Notes under the pieces: generated by a model | The model's input: only the letters and a program-made list of their open reading frames with translations | Databases searched by the model: none | Told to the model about the DNA's origin: nothing | In this document: one piece after another, positions 1 to 10,999 of the stretch | How positions within the stretch are numbered: position 1 is the first letter of the stretch | How the letters are laid out: the number at the start of each line of letters is the position of its first letter | Origin: Macrostomum lignano | Taxonomy: Eukaryota | Direction of reading: 5' to 3' | Assembly: GCA_002269645.1 (NCBI GenBank) | Contig: NIVC01000916.1 | Span: 62,001-126,000, forward strand | DNA length: 64,000 bases | Made by a program: the position numbers and the translations under genes

Positions 1-49
1 GTCCCATGCGACAAGTATAGAAAATTTTGAGCTACGAACATGCCGTAAG

Positions 50-1900
50 TTAGAACACGGACAGGCACTCGCAGATGTATTTCCAGTTGAAATAGCATCC
101 GGCATCATCGACGCCGATCTTGTGGACAGCAGCGCAGCCCTCAGTGGGTAATCCGTTTTTCGGCGTCCCCGGCTCCCAGACGTCGGCCCGGATGCTCTCG
201 TTGCAGGCGTCCCAGATCCAGCCTTCCGTCTTGTCCTCAGAGCCCGGAATCTGGTGGCCACCCAGGTACAAACTCTCTACAGGAATGTTCGACACGTTCT
301 TGATCCACATCAGGTGACGCGACTCGTCCAAGTCCAGAGCGTCCGTGAACTTCGACAGTCCGGCCGGGAGAGAGCGTCAGCCCAATTGGTCGCAGGTGAG
401 GCCGACACCTTGTATGAGGATCCGAACTGAGAGTACTCGTATCCGGGTGGGCACAGGCGACCCGGAGCTACTCCAGGTAGCGATCTCACGTACACGGTCA
501 CTCGGTGAGTGCAGTTGGCCACTGACTACACTCGATGGCTGCACTTGTCGAACAGGAACAGCTTGCAGAGGCAGTCGCCATCCGGCAGCGAGAAGGCCCG
601 GCAGTTCGGCATCTTGGCGCAGTGCAGGCTGCAGGACTGCGGATCGGACGAGCCCCACACGGTGTGGGTGAAGTGATGCTCCTTACTACCAAGACTCTCT
701 CAGTAATCAAGGAACAATTACTTCTAGCTACTTTGCTAGGCAACCCAGTTATCAAATGAAGGTACTGCTTACCTTGACTCCGGTTTGACAGATCTCCTTG
801 TAGTTCTCGTCCAACGAGTTGTTCTCGCAATCTGTTGCGTTCCTGTCCTTCAGGAAATGTAGACGTCTAGAATCGGTCGATCTGGTCCTGTATCTTCTTT
901 TACTTCCGATGAAGTTGTTTCCGGCCGGTATCTGCAGTCAGGACCAATCAGAGGCCTCGTGTCAACAATGGGTACCCTGCGCCGACCTGCGGTTTCACTT
1001 AAGCCTTCTCCTTCTAGTAGTGCCTCAATGCACTCTAGGTATTGCTCCGGTAATCTCTAATAGATCCTCTAAGATCTTTTAGGGTAGTCCTTCGGGTGAC
1101 TACAACCAATGGAGTCTCAGATGGACTCAAGAGTCTCAACAGACTCTAACACTATCACTCAGTTTGAGTGAGTCGACTCAAACCACGGGCGCAAATGAGC
1201 AAGGCTTACCGCAACAACTCAACTTGACTTGGTGATCAGGAAGTCCTCCTAAGGCTTCCTCTTCGGAGCTTCTATCGTCGGGAGTTGGCTCCGGGTCCGC
1301 TTCGGACCACTTGTATTTATAGGCAAATGGACCTCTCTCGAGGTCGTCCATCACCTTTTTCGTAAATGTCAAAGGGTCACGCTTTGGTTGCTGGCAAGCA
1401 TGACAGGGTAGAAAGTTGCGCAACTAGTCTAGTGTAAGCGCGCATGATTGTTACCGTAGCTGAGCTATTTTTAGATACCTTTGATTGGTTCATCCGGGTG
1501 CAAGCCGAATGATGAATCGTAGGTGGGGTTTGAACTGACAAATGTTGGTCACACGTGACCAATGATGAATCGCAGATGGGGTTTGAACTGACAATTGTAG
1601 GTCACATGATTGATTGGTTGCTAAAAATTACATGTCCGACTTTTCGCTCTTCTGATTGGTTGATTAAGATATATATGTGATTCAACGCTTATTCGTATAC
1701 ATGCTACTTGTCTTACTACTATGTAAGTAGTACGTTCACAATTTTATCACTTTTTGAGGGAGGTAGAACACTCTACAGAAGCTGAAAGTCACGCAGACAG
1801 CGCCAGAGATGGGGTGAAAAGTCGCTTTCGGAGAGTTGCAAGTTGATTCACTTTTTACGGTAACGCTGAAGTACGTCAGCAGCAGCAGCAGTAGCAGCAT
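50..1900 (-). pseudogene. PAN/Apple + C-type lectin gene, copy 1 (disrupted)
   Basis: Near-identical to the intact ORF 3331-4092. The 5' end (MLLLLLLLT...) is at 1778-1900 and the rest at 50-673. It is split by the 674-1777 insertion and frameshifted by a short deletion in the CGQEAG codons near 362. Confidence 0.85.
674..1777. mobile_element. Solo-LTR-like insertion (TG...CA, 4-bp TSD GAAG)
   Basis: Starts TGATGCTCC and ends CTCTACA. GAAG flanks both sides (670-673, 1778-1781), and removing the insert restores the lectin sequence. It contains an internal ~52-bp tandem duplication, several ATTGG boxes and TATATAT near 1670. Confidence 0.7.
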
Positions 1901-2913
1901 TTCATGTGGTTGTCTGGTGACAGTAAATTCAGTTTTCGGTCGTATTACTGAGTAGCTCTAATGTGGTCGCTGCAAGTCTAATGCAATAAGGAAAATATCA
2001 GGTTTATATCAGCCAGCAGATTCGGACACTATCCAGTGGAAAAGCACGCCGGTTTTCTGTTTTAGTCTTTCGTCGCGTCGAAAAGTGGTACAGGAATCTT
2101 AAAAGTTATTGCTCCCTTAGAGTAATAGGCCCGGAGATGAGTCCTTTCTGCGCCAGGAGAAGAAGAGGCTCCTGCGTCGCACTTCAAACAGCATTGGAAT
2201 TTGCATTACCGTTCCAAGCTGATTCGGATCAACTTGTGTTACCCGCTCGCATCATATGGGCTTAGGGAGATGCTCTCGGGTCCCTTTTGTTACGATGGCA
2301 ACGGCGGGCAGGGAGGCGATTGGGAAAAAGCGGAGCATGAGTTCACATCTATTATCCACGCAAACAACGGTGGCTCAGAAAATTGCAAATTTCTCACCGC
2401 TTTTCGGTGAGGTTGCTGCCAGCTCTTGGCATTGCCGTCTGTTTCACTTCTCTTGTCCCCATCTGAGAAGCAGATGCCGCTCGCTCGTTTGTGTGACCAT
2501 CATTTTCGGATCACAGACCGCACAAATGTCAGTAGCTCATAAGCTCACTACAGTTGTTCCAACAAGCCGTAAAAAGTTATTGCTATTGCACGCATGTTGG
2601 TGTTAGATAAAACATGCTTATGGCATTGAAATTTGCCAATTAAAAAGGTATTTGGTGTTTGATTGTGTATTCCAGATGTTAAGCTATAGGGTCTTGTTGA
2701 CACAGAGAGACGGACCAAAGTCAAAACAGTTTCCTTACAGGATGTACTCGTAAAGGCAGTTTGCGTTCCACTTAGGATAGCGAGAAAGAGGTTGATTGAT
2801 ATGATCACAGAAACAAAACATGCAACAGTTGGGCTGCGTTGGTTGACTCTAAATATTTTTCACTTATAGAGAATGTCGAGGTAGCTCGTATCTTCAAACT
2901 TTCAATGGTCCCA

Positions 2914-3281
2914 TTTTTTTATTATTAGAGGCAGGGGGGTTGTGTGCACCCTGGCGCACTTTAAGCGACATAGGCACACAACCGGCGAGAGGCATTACTG
3001 CCCATTCCGCCGACTCCCCTGAGCAGGCATACAAGCGCGCGGATACGTACGCAGGCACACACTCACACAGGAGTGTACAGCGGCCCTAACTTTATATTAT
3101 CGTTAGGCATGTACACTTCACTGCGCCTTGGGGGGTTGGCCCTCAAGGCCGTTAATTGTACGAGCAGAGCCAAGCCGAGATTCCAATTCAGCCCCAAATT
3201 AATGTGACTGCACTTGGAATCGAGCCTGGGTCGCTGGCACACCAGAGCAGCTGCGCTACCGCTGGGCTACGGCCCCCCTCT
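2914..3281 (-). mobile_element. tRNA-derived SINE
   Basis: The minus strand begins GGGGGCCGTAGCCCAGCGGTAG (A box) ... GGCTCGATTCC (B box) and ends in an A-rich tail. TSD AATGGTCCCA at 2904-2913 and 3282-3291. A second copy lies at 35367-35727. Confidence 0.85.
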
Positions 3282-3330
3282 AATGGTCCCATGCGACAGC
3301 ATTCAAGCTTCTGAGCTACGACCATGTAAG

Positions 3331-4092
3331 TTAGAACACGGACAGGCACTCGCAGATGTACTTCCAGCTTTTAGAGCATCCGGCATCATCAACGCCGAGC
3401 TTGTGACCAGTGTAGACACCCGCGCAGCCCTGATCCGGCAATCCTTTGTTCGGCCTCCCCGGCTCCCAGACGTCGGCCCGGATGCTCTCGTTGCAGGCGT
3501 CCCAGATCCAGCCTTCCGTCTTGTCCGCAGAGCCCGGAATCTGGTGGCCACCCAGGTACAAACTCTCTACAGGGCTGTTCGACACGTTCTTGATCCACAT
3601 CAGGTGACGTGACTCGTCGGAGTCCAGAGCGTCCGCGAACTTCGACAGTCCGGCCTCCTGGCCGCACCGGGAGAGAGCGTCAGCCCAGTTGGTCGCAGGT
3701 GAGGCCGACACCTTGTATGAGGATCCGAACTGAGAGTAGTCGTATCCGGGTGGGCACAGGCGACCCGGAGCTACTCCAGGTAGCGATCTCACGTACACGG
3801 TTACTCGGTGAGTGCAGTTGGCCACTGACTGCACTCGGTGGCTGCACTTGTCGAACAGGAACAGCTTGCAGAGGCAGTCGCCATCCGGCAGCGAGAAGGC
3901 CCAGCAGTTCAGCATCTTGGCGCAGTGCAGGCTGCAGGACTGCGGATCGCACGAGCCCCACACGGTGTGGGTGAAGCTGGACGTCACGCAGTCAGCGCCA
4001 GAGATCGGGTGGAAAGTCGCTTTCAGAGAGCCGCAAGTTGGTTCACTTTTTACCACGATACTCAGCGTCAGCAGTAGCAGCAATAGCAGCAT
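3331..4092 (-). CDS. Secreted PAN/Apple + C-type lectin domain protein, copy 2 (253 aa, intronless)
   Basis: Poly-Leu signal peptide. PAN-like Cys pattern (CSLHCAKMLNCWAFS...C). CTLD motifs: NWADALSRC, LYLGG (WIGL-equivalent), WEPGRPN, GCAGV, DDAGC, YICE. Confidence 0.85.
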   Translation of the reverse strand: MLLLLLLLTLSIVVKSEPTCGSLKATFHPISGADCVTSSFTHTVWGSCDPQSCSLHCAKMLNCWAFSLPDGDCLCKLFLFDKCSHRVQSVANCTHRVTVYVRSLPGVAPGRLCPPGYDYSQFGSSYKVSASPATNWADALSRCGQEAGLSKFADALDSDESRHLMWIKNVSNSPVESLYLGGHQIPGSADKTEGWIWDACNESIRADVWEPGRPNKGLPDQGCAGVYTGHKLGVDDAGCSKSWKYICECLSVF

Positions 4093-4945
4093 TTCAACTG
4101 GCCGTCTGGTGACAGGAAATTAGTTTTCTGTCGTATTACTGAGTATGTACTCGCTTTAAGTCTAATGAAATATGGAAAATGTCAGGTTTGAGTCCGATCA
4201 GCAACTTACAATTGAGAGCAAATGATCCAATTAGTGAAACCAGAGCCAGCAGATTAAGACACTATCCAGTGGAAAAGTATTTGTGCTTTTGTATTCTGTC
4301 GAAAAGTGGTAGAGGAATCGTAAAAAGTTTTGCTTCTAGAGCAAGAGCTAGTAGATTTGGCATTTATGGAGTTCTGAGATGAGTCCTCTCTGCGCCAGGG
4401 GCAGAAGAGGCTTCTGCGTTGCGTTTCCCTCAGCATTGGCAGCGTGAAACAGGATGGGAAGAGAAAAAGCCTATTGATTTTTTGTGCCGTTCCAAGCTGA
4501 TTCGCAGCAACTTGTGTTACCCGCTCGCATCACATGGGTTTAGGGAGATGCTTTCGGTCCCTTTGTTACTATCGCAACGGCGGGCTGGAAGGCGGTTGGC
4601 AGAAAACAGAGCTTGTATTTATTATTTATGCAAGCACCGGTGGCTGAGAAAATTTTCAAATCTCTCGCCTTTTCAGGAGCGTGTAGAATGTGGGTTGCTG
4701 CCAGCTCATGGCATCGCCGTCTGTTTCACCACTCTTGTCCCCACAGCTGAAAGGCAGGTGCAGCTCTCTCGCTTGAAATGCTTCCCTTCAGCTTCAATCA
4801 CTTTGCCTTCCATATTCAACAATACGAGCTGGGCTTCTTGTAGAGCTAAATTGAATGCGTCTTCAACCATCAACCAACCGTCTTCAACTCAACTAATAAT
4901 TAATTGAGCCAAGCATAGGCTAGAATTGCTAGTTTGTACCACCAC

Positions 4946-5416
4946 AGTAGTATGAGTTTATGCAACTCTGCCGCACTTGCACTGCGGAGATAGGCGGTAA
5001 TGTAAAAAGGATAGGAGGGCGTAAAAAAAGCCAGCTGAGATAGCCAATGGAAATAAGGGGGCGTGGGGTGGGTGTGATTGGCTAGGCGGCGCGGGTGGTG
5101 AAACGCTTAATGCAACTCTGCCGCACTGGGGGAGGCATGTAGCAAAGCAAAGAATCGGAAGGTTTTTGGAATAGCAGAGTAAACAAATTAAAAACAAAGT
5201 AGGCATAGCGTGGAAACGTCCACCTCAATTTATGCCTGGCCATTGCAACTCCTCGGCGTCCCCCACTGTGCTTATCCCATAGCATGCCTATGCAACTCTG
5301 CCGCACTATTTGTCAGTGCGAAGTGAAATAGATAAGAGAGAGGTTCTGGTCTTCTTGAGTGTCTGCCTCTGGCGCACTGGGATTGATAATAAATGGGCAA
5401 TAAACTTTGTAACGGG
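4946..5416 (+). repeat. Polinton left TIR
   Basis: Imperfect reverse complement of 25876-26386. Starts AGTAGTATGAGTTTATGCAACTCTGCCGCAC. Confidence 0.92.
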
Positions 5417-5508
5417 TGCGGGGCTTGAGTGGAAAGGGTGGGGTTTTGAAATGGAGGCAAGGTTGATAAGCTCTAAAAACAGTTGTTCAACTCTACCGCA
5501 CTTTCACT

Positions 5509-5964
5509 GTGCAGGGACAGAGAGCAGAGCAGGACTCAAGCGAGTTTTCAGAGTCCGATTGTGACTGCTGGTCAGAATCAGAGAGCGAAGATAATTGGTC
5601 TGAATCAAGTTCCGGGGCAGACTACTCGGAGAGTGATTTCGATAGGCTCTCTGAAACCGACACCAACAACACTAAGCAAGATTGTGCTAGTAGGGTTCCA
5701 GTCTGATCGACACCGGCGGTGGTAGTGCAGGAAGCGACACCGGCGGCGGCAGTGCAGGAAGCGACACCGGCGGTGGCAGTGCAGGAAGCGACACCGGCGG
5801 CGGCAGTGCAGGAAGCGACACCGGCGGTGGCAGTGCAGGAAGCGACACCGGCGGCGGCAGTGCAGGAAGCGATACCGGCGGCGGCAGTGCAGGAAGCGAC
5901 ACCGGTGGTGGTAGTGCAGGAAGCGACACCGGTGGCTGTAGTGCAGGAAGGGAACTCAGCTTGA
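5509..5964 (+). pseudogene. Possible Polinton accessory ORF: Ser/Asp/Glu-rich region followed by (VQEATPAA)n repeats, one in-frame TGA
   Basis: ORFs 5509-5706 and 5719-5964 share a frame and are separated by the TGA at 5704-5706. A 24-bp tandem repeat (~10 copies) covers ~5707-5950. Confidence 0.35.
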
Positions 5965-6221
5965 TCGAAAACAACGGTGCCAGCAATATTCATCCTTATC
6001 GTGAGTCAACAACATTTTAATTTCAGCCTTAAGTTATTTAATTCCTGGGTGCATTCGAAGTTTTGTATTTAAAAATCGAGAAATTCAATTTAAGTGTGCT
6101 TATTGAGTCTAAATTTCATTACCATGGAATACCATCCTTTGAGTAACAGAAAATAAGCAAAGCTGTTAATTTTTTTATTTTAGACATTCAGCAAGTAGCA
6201 AGTGCGCACAACGAAACCCTG

Positions 6222-9200
6222 GTGGTGTATCGAATTTCCGTGCCAAGCGATGAACCATGTGATCCATTTGAACTCGCCCGACGGAGCAGGGAAGCAATAC
6301 AGCGAATTGTATTCGAGAAGATGGTGAACCCAAATCTTTTAGTTAGAGCGCAGCTAAAAATGAGCATCCGAATGAACAGAATCCAAGCTGGTGAAGTGGT
6401 GAACCAGGAAGAAAGATGGGTAAGCAGCACTCGTTTGCAACCTGTCAATGACGCCGCTTGCTTTGATGATTGGTGGAAGCAGCAGATTGATGGTTGCGAA
6501 GGCATCATTGAGAAGATGAACACAAATGGCAGTGGTTGGGTGATTGTGCGCGTCAACTGCATCGACTTGAATATTGCGGTTGGTCAAAGACTGCGCTTCT
6601 ACTCTGGTCACGCAAGCAATTTTGAATTACCTCCTCTGCTGAAGGCAAAAAAAGCCGTCATCAATCCTCCTAGTACTGGCTCTGATTGTTTTTTGTATGC
6701 CTGCCTTGCAGTGCTGCATCACGGTGATGAGAATTTGAGGAAAAACCCTCAAAGGCTTTCTACTTACAATGACTGATTGAACGATATCAATCTTTCAGGA
6801 ATTTCCTTACCCGTTGGACTCAACCAGCTAAATCGAATCGAATTATTGAACCCAAGGTTATGTTTTGTAGTTTTTTCTTGGTCAAGCAGTAACGGTGTCA
6901 GTGTGCTGAGGCAGCCACGAATTGAAGTCGCATGCAGTCGCAAAGTAGTTCTTCTCCTACTATTGAACAAATCAGCTAACAAGGATGAAGAGGATAAACA
7001 CTGGTGCGGAATTGTGAGCCTTGATAGGCTACTAAACAGTAAAAGCGGTCTTTACCACAGAAAATGGTGTGAACGCTGCTTGAGCTCTTTCGTAACTGAT
7101 CAGAAGCTAAATGAGCACAGAGAGCAGTGCTATCGCTCTAATGAGTTTGCTGTCAAGGAACGAGTTCCTGCTGAGAAGCGCAGCGTGCTGTCTTTTCAAA
7201 ACTACTTCAAAACTATTGAAGCACCGTTCGCCATCTATGCTGATATTGAAGCATTTAATTCTCCGCTAGGCCCCCACACTCGAGAGGTCATGCATCAGAA
7301 GGTTGAGGAAATGGAGGTCAGCGACAATGAGCAAGTCTGCAGCACACGCAGCAGCAGCAGTCATGTACAAGCAAGACCAGATGAGGGCATGGTAACTGGC
7401 AAAACTGTCTTTATTACCGAACATCTGCCTGCAGCGGGTGGATTTCTACTCGTTGCTCGTGAAGGCATGAAGGGACCACCACTCAAGGATCAAGGTCAGG
7501 TGAAGTTGGTCTCCAGTTCGAATCCATTCGAGTGTATGGAAACGTTTCTTCATGAGCCGGAACGCGTGGCTCGAGAAGTCCATGAATGGAACAGAAGGCA
7601 CAGCTACCAAACGGCTGAAGCAGACACTACTGCTAGTCAAATCTTCAGTGAATCCTCCAACTGTCATTACTGTGATCGACAGTTTACTGACACTAATGAC
7701 AAGCACTATGACCATGATCATCTGACTGGAAAATTCAAAGGCGCCGCATGTTCACGGTGTAACAAATTAGCGCAACTTCGCCGAAGATTTCTGCCGATTT
7801 TCTTCCATAATCTCCGAAATTATGACATGCACCTCCTGTTTTCAACAGCGTTAGGAAATATGAACAACTGGAAGCTGAGTGTCATTCCTCAGACTTCTGA
7901 ACGCTATATGTCTCTTCGAGTAGATTTCCCAATCGCCGAAATCACTCTACCGAAAGGCGAAAAGAAAACAATTTTCTTCACTCTGCAGTTCCTCGATTCA
8001 TTCCAGTTTTTAAACGCGAGTCTAGACAAACTGATTCGCAACTTACCTCTCCAGGACAGAAAATTCACTCAGCAAATGAAAAGCTGCTTTCCAAAGTTAA
8101 CTAATGAAACTTTGTCTATCAAGGGAGTCTTTCCCTATGATTTCGTCAAATCCCCCGCGAATTTGGCAGTGACCGAACTTCCGAGCAGAGAAGAGTTTTT
8201 CAACTCTCTGACAAAGACAGCTTGCAGTGAGGAGAGCTGTGCTCATGCGCGCAAAGCCTGGGAGCAGATCGAAGCAAAAATTTGCACGACTACATGCTTG
8301 CCTACCTGCAGCTTGACATCCGTCAACTTGCCGATGTTTTTCAGAACTTTCGCCGTTTGAGTCTCCATGATGACGGTCTTGACCCGGCCCACTACTTTAC
8401 TACACCAGGTCTATAATTTGATTCCGCGCTGAAATCCGCGCCAACACCGCTCCAGTTGCTCGACGATGCTGAGAAGTACAGACTCTTTGAGCTTGGCATT
8501 CGTGGAGGAATCGTTTCGTTTCATCATGTTACTGCCAGACCAGTCACCAGTCACCAGTCGTCAGATGGTGCAGATTCATCAAGCGCAGCTTCCAATGCCG
8601 AGACAAATTCTTTGCTCCCCGTAGACATGAATAATCTCTACGGGCAAGCGCTGTCCGAAAAACGACCCGTCAGTGACTTTGAGTGGCTTAGTGAAGAAGA
8701 ACTGTGTGAATGGACAGAAGAGAAGCTACTTAAATTGGATGACGATGGTCCAGTTGGCTACCTATTTGAGGTTGATCTGGAATATCCAGATGTAATCCAC
8801 ACGCAGACACAAGATTTGCCATTTGCCCCCGAGAAGGCCGCGCCTAAGCTCGAAGAGTTTCCGCCATTCATGAAACGTCTTTGGGGCGAATTGAACACTC
8901 GCAACGAGCCGTACAAAGGCTGTGTGAAACTTTTACTCACATGTCATGACAAGGAATCCTACGTCGTGTATTTCTGAATTTTGAAGTTCTACTTGCGTCA
9001 CGGTATGCGACTAAAAAAGGTCCGAAGAGCTATTCGATTTTGTCAAGCTGCAATTTTCCAAGCCTACATTGACAGAAACAGCAAAAAGCGCTCAGCGGCT
9101 ACAACGGAATTCGAAAAGACTATTACAAATTGAAGAATAACTCCCTGTTCGGCAAAACGATGGAAAACGTACGGAAGAGGCTCAGTGTTCGAATTTCTAA

Positions 9201-10004
9201 CAACGAGGAGCAGTCCGAAATCTATTCATCGCGTCCGAATCTTAAGGACTTTACGATTGTGACTCAAGACTTAGTCGTTTTTCAATTTTTCAAGACTTCA
9301 GTCACTCTTGACCGCCCAATCTACGTTGGTCAATGTGTTTTAGATGACTCTAAGCTGGCGATGTACCGATTGTACTATGAAAAGCTAAAGCCAACATTTG
9401 AGAATCTTGCTCTCCAACAAGGAGTTTCCCTATGCAGTGGGGACACCGATTCCTTCTTTCTGTGCTTTAAAAACATCGATGTTCAGAGTGCTGTTCTACC
9501 AGAACTCATTCGCCAGCGATTGCTAGATACCTCAAACTTCCCGGCCGACCATCAATTCCGATCCGATGATCTAAAAGCCAAGTTAGGCTGCATAAAGGAC
9601 GAATCTGCAGGCAACCCCCATCGTGAATGGATCCTTTTGAGACCAAAACTATACTCGATGAAGGCCGAGTCTGGAGGGAAGAAGGCAGCCAAAGGTTTTC
9701 AGAAGAGTGTGCTGCGGGCAGAAATCACACACGATGACTACATGCAGGCATTTGCCAGTTTGAAGGAGCTTCGCGTCTTAACACGCAGAATCGCTAGCCG
9801 ACGACACAGAGTAGTCACTTTAGAGAAACAGAAGCGTGCCCTGACTGTATGGGAGGACAAGCGTGCGTGGACTTCCCCAAACCAAGTCTTCCGTATGGGC
9901 ACTTTGCTCTAAGAGACCCCTGCCGCCACAGCTGCCGCCGTTACAATCGAGAAGCACCTCAACTAGCTGCTGATCAGGCTCCCAAGCAAATGAGGATGCA
10001 ATAA
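6222..10004 (+). pseudogene. Protein-primed family B DNA polymerase (pPolB), fragmented
   Basis: Collinear ORFs 6222-6776, 6777-8360, 8456-8977 and 9130-9912. Motifs: HDHDHLTGKFKGAACSRCN (EndoVII/HNH-like insert), FFHNLRNYD, FLDSFQFL, KGVFPY, GIRGG, DMNNLYG, KNNSLFGK, GDTDS, KLYS. A frameshifted SLPYGH tail ends at TAA 10002-10004. Confidence 0.93.
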
Positions 10005-10348
10005 CATACATTTGACTAGTGCGTACTTTGGAATTGAGCATTTGCTCAGCTTTGCATTTTGGTTTTTGGAACGCAATGTACGTGTTGTCCGCATAAATGC
10101 TATTGTACTTTTCTTTAACGTGCCATTGCTTTTTCAAAACTTGCTTAACTTTTATGAGTGTTAGCATTTTCATTTTCTTTCTTTTCCTATGTTCTTTTAA
10201 TATTAGTATCAATTTTCGCTGTGTTGCAGTTTGCTGACAATTTTTTAGCATCTTTTGTAACCAAAAAATAAAACTAGTAAACAAGGCATATTAAAGTTTT
10301 TTTCTGCTAGTTCTTGTCGGAAGATTAAAGACGGATAATTATTGTGCT

Positions 10349-10969
10349 TTATTTTAGTTGCATAAGTGTGTTAACAGAGCGAAACAGGGAAGAACTGTCG
10401 GATTTTAGCATACGCAGAGATTTCGCCCCACTTGGAATATAAGAAGCATTATGAAAAAGCAAGCATTTACAATAGTTAAGTTGACAAACTAAAGCTGAAA
10501 ATGTTTCTGGTTCATACTGTGCTTTGGGCAAAACAAGTTCAGTAAGCGGTAGCGCATTTTGGAGCTTAAAACGTCCATGAGCAGTAATAGTTTTAATTCG
10601 AACACAAATTGTTTGATGAGGCAGCAGTTGATCCGGCACTCTCCGATGCAGCATAGCCACGGAGCGACGGGCAGCCCTTTTGGCGTCTGCGTGGGTCTTG
10701 GCGCCACAGATGCTCAGTTGTCCAGTAGGGTAGAGTAGCAGAGTCACTCTGGGACTCCGCATCCGCTTGATGAGCACCCGGGGCCAGACGGGCCGGTAGA
10801 TCACATGAGCCATGCTGAGAGCCAGTTCCCGTAGAGGCAACTGGGCGCCCCTGCCACCATCCAGTCTCAGATCCACTCCGCCAACCAGATTGGTCACTTT
10901 TAGGGCTGTAGCTGCAGGTGGACTCATTTCGATCCTTGACTTCTTCACCAAATCTTCTGCCAACTTCAC
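10349..10969 (-). CDS. TATA-box-binding protein (TBP)-like protein encoded by the Polinton
   Basis: Two TBP repeats: VTNLVGGVDL...IYRP...KRMRSPRVTLLLYPTGQLSICGAK...AKRAARR and YEPETFSAL...CLLFHN...SGAK. The first ATG is at 10927. Confidence 0.88.
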   Translation of the reverse strand: MKLAEDLVKKSRIEMSPPAATALKVTNLVGGVDLRLDGGRGAQLPLRELALSMAHVIYRPVWPRVLIKRMRSPRVTLLLYPTGQLSICGAKTHADAKRAARRSVAMLHRRVPDQLLPHQTICVRIKTITAHGRFKLQNALPLTELVLPKAQYEPETFSALVCQLNYCKCLLFHNASYIPSGAKSLRMLKSDSSSLFRSVNTLMQLK

Positions 10970-10999
10970 TGCCCCTGTGCCACGGACACTGCTCGCTTC

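Larger units (their letters stand above)
1900..4770. repeat. Lectin-array segmental duplication unit (paralogous to ~31081-37085)
   Basis: Blocks 1900-2480, 2480-2910 and 3290-4770 align by eye to 31081-31665, 32555-32670 plus 35016-35350, and 35728-37085. Confidence 0.85.

Noticed and set aside
3205-3281. tRNA gene
   Set aside because: The A/B boxes continue into a 300-bp body with a poly(A) tail and TSD, so this is a SINE head. The same applies to 35650-35727.
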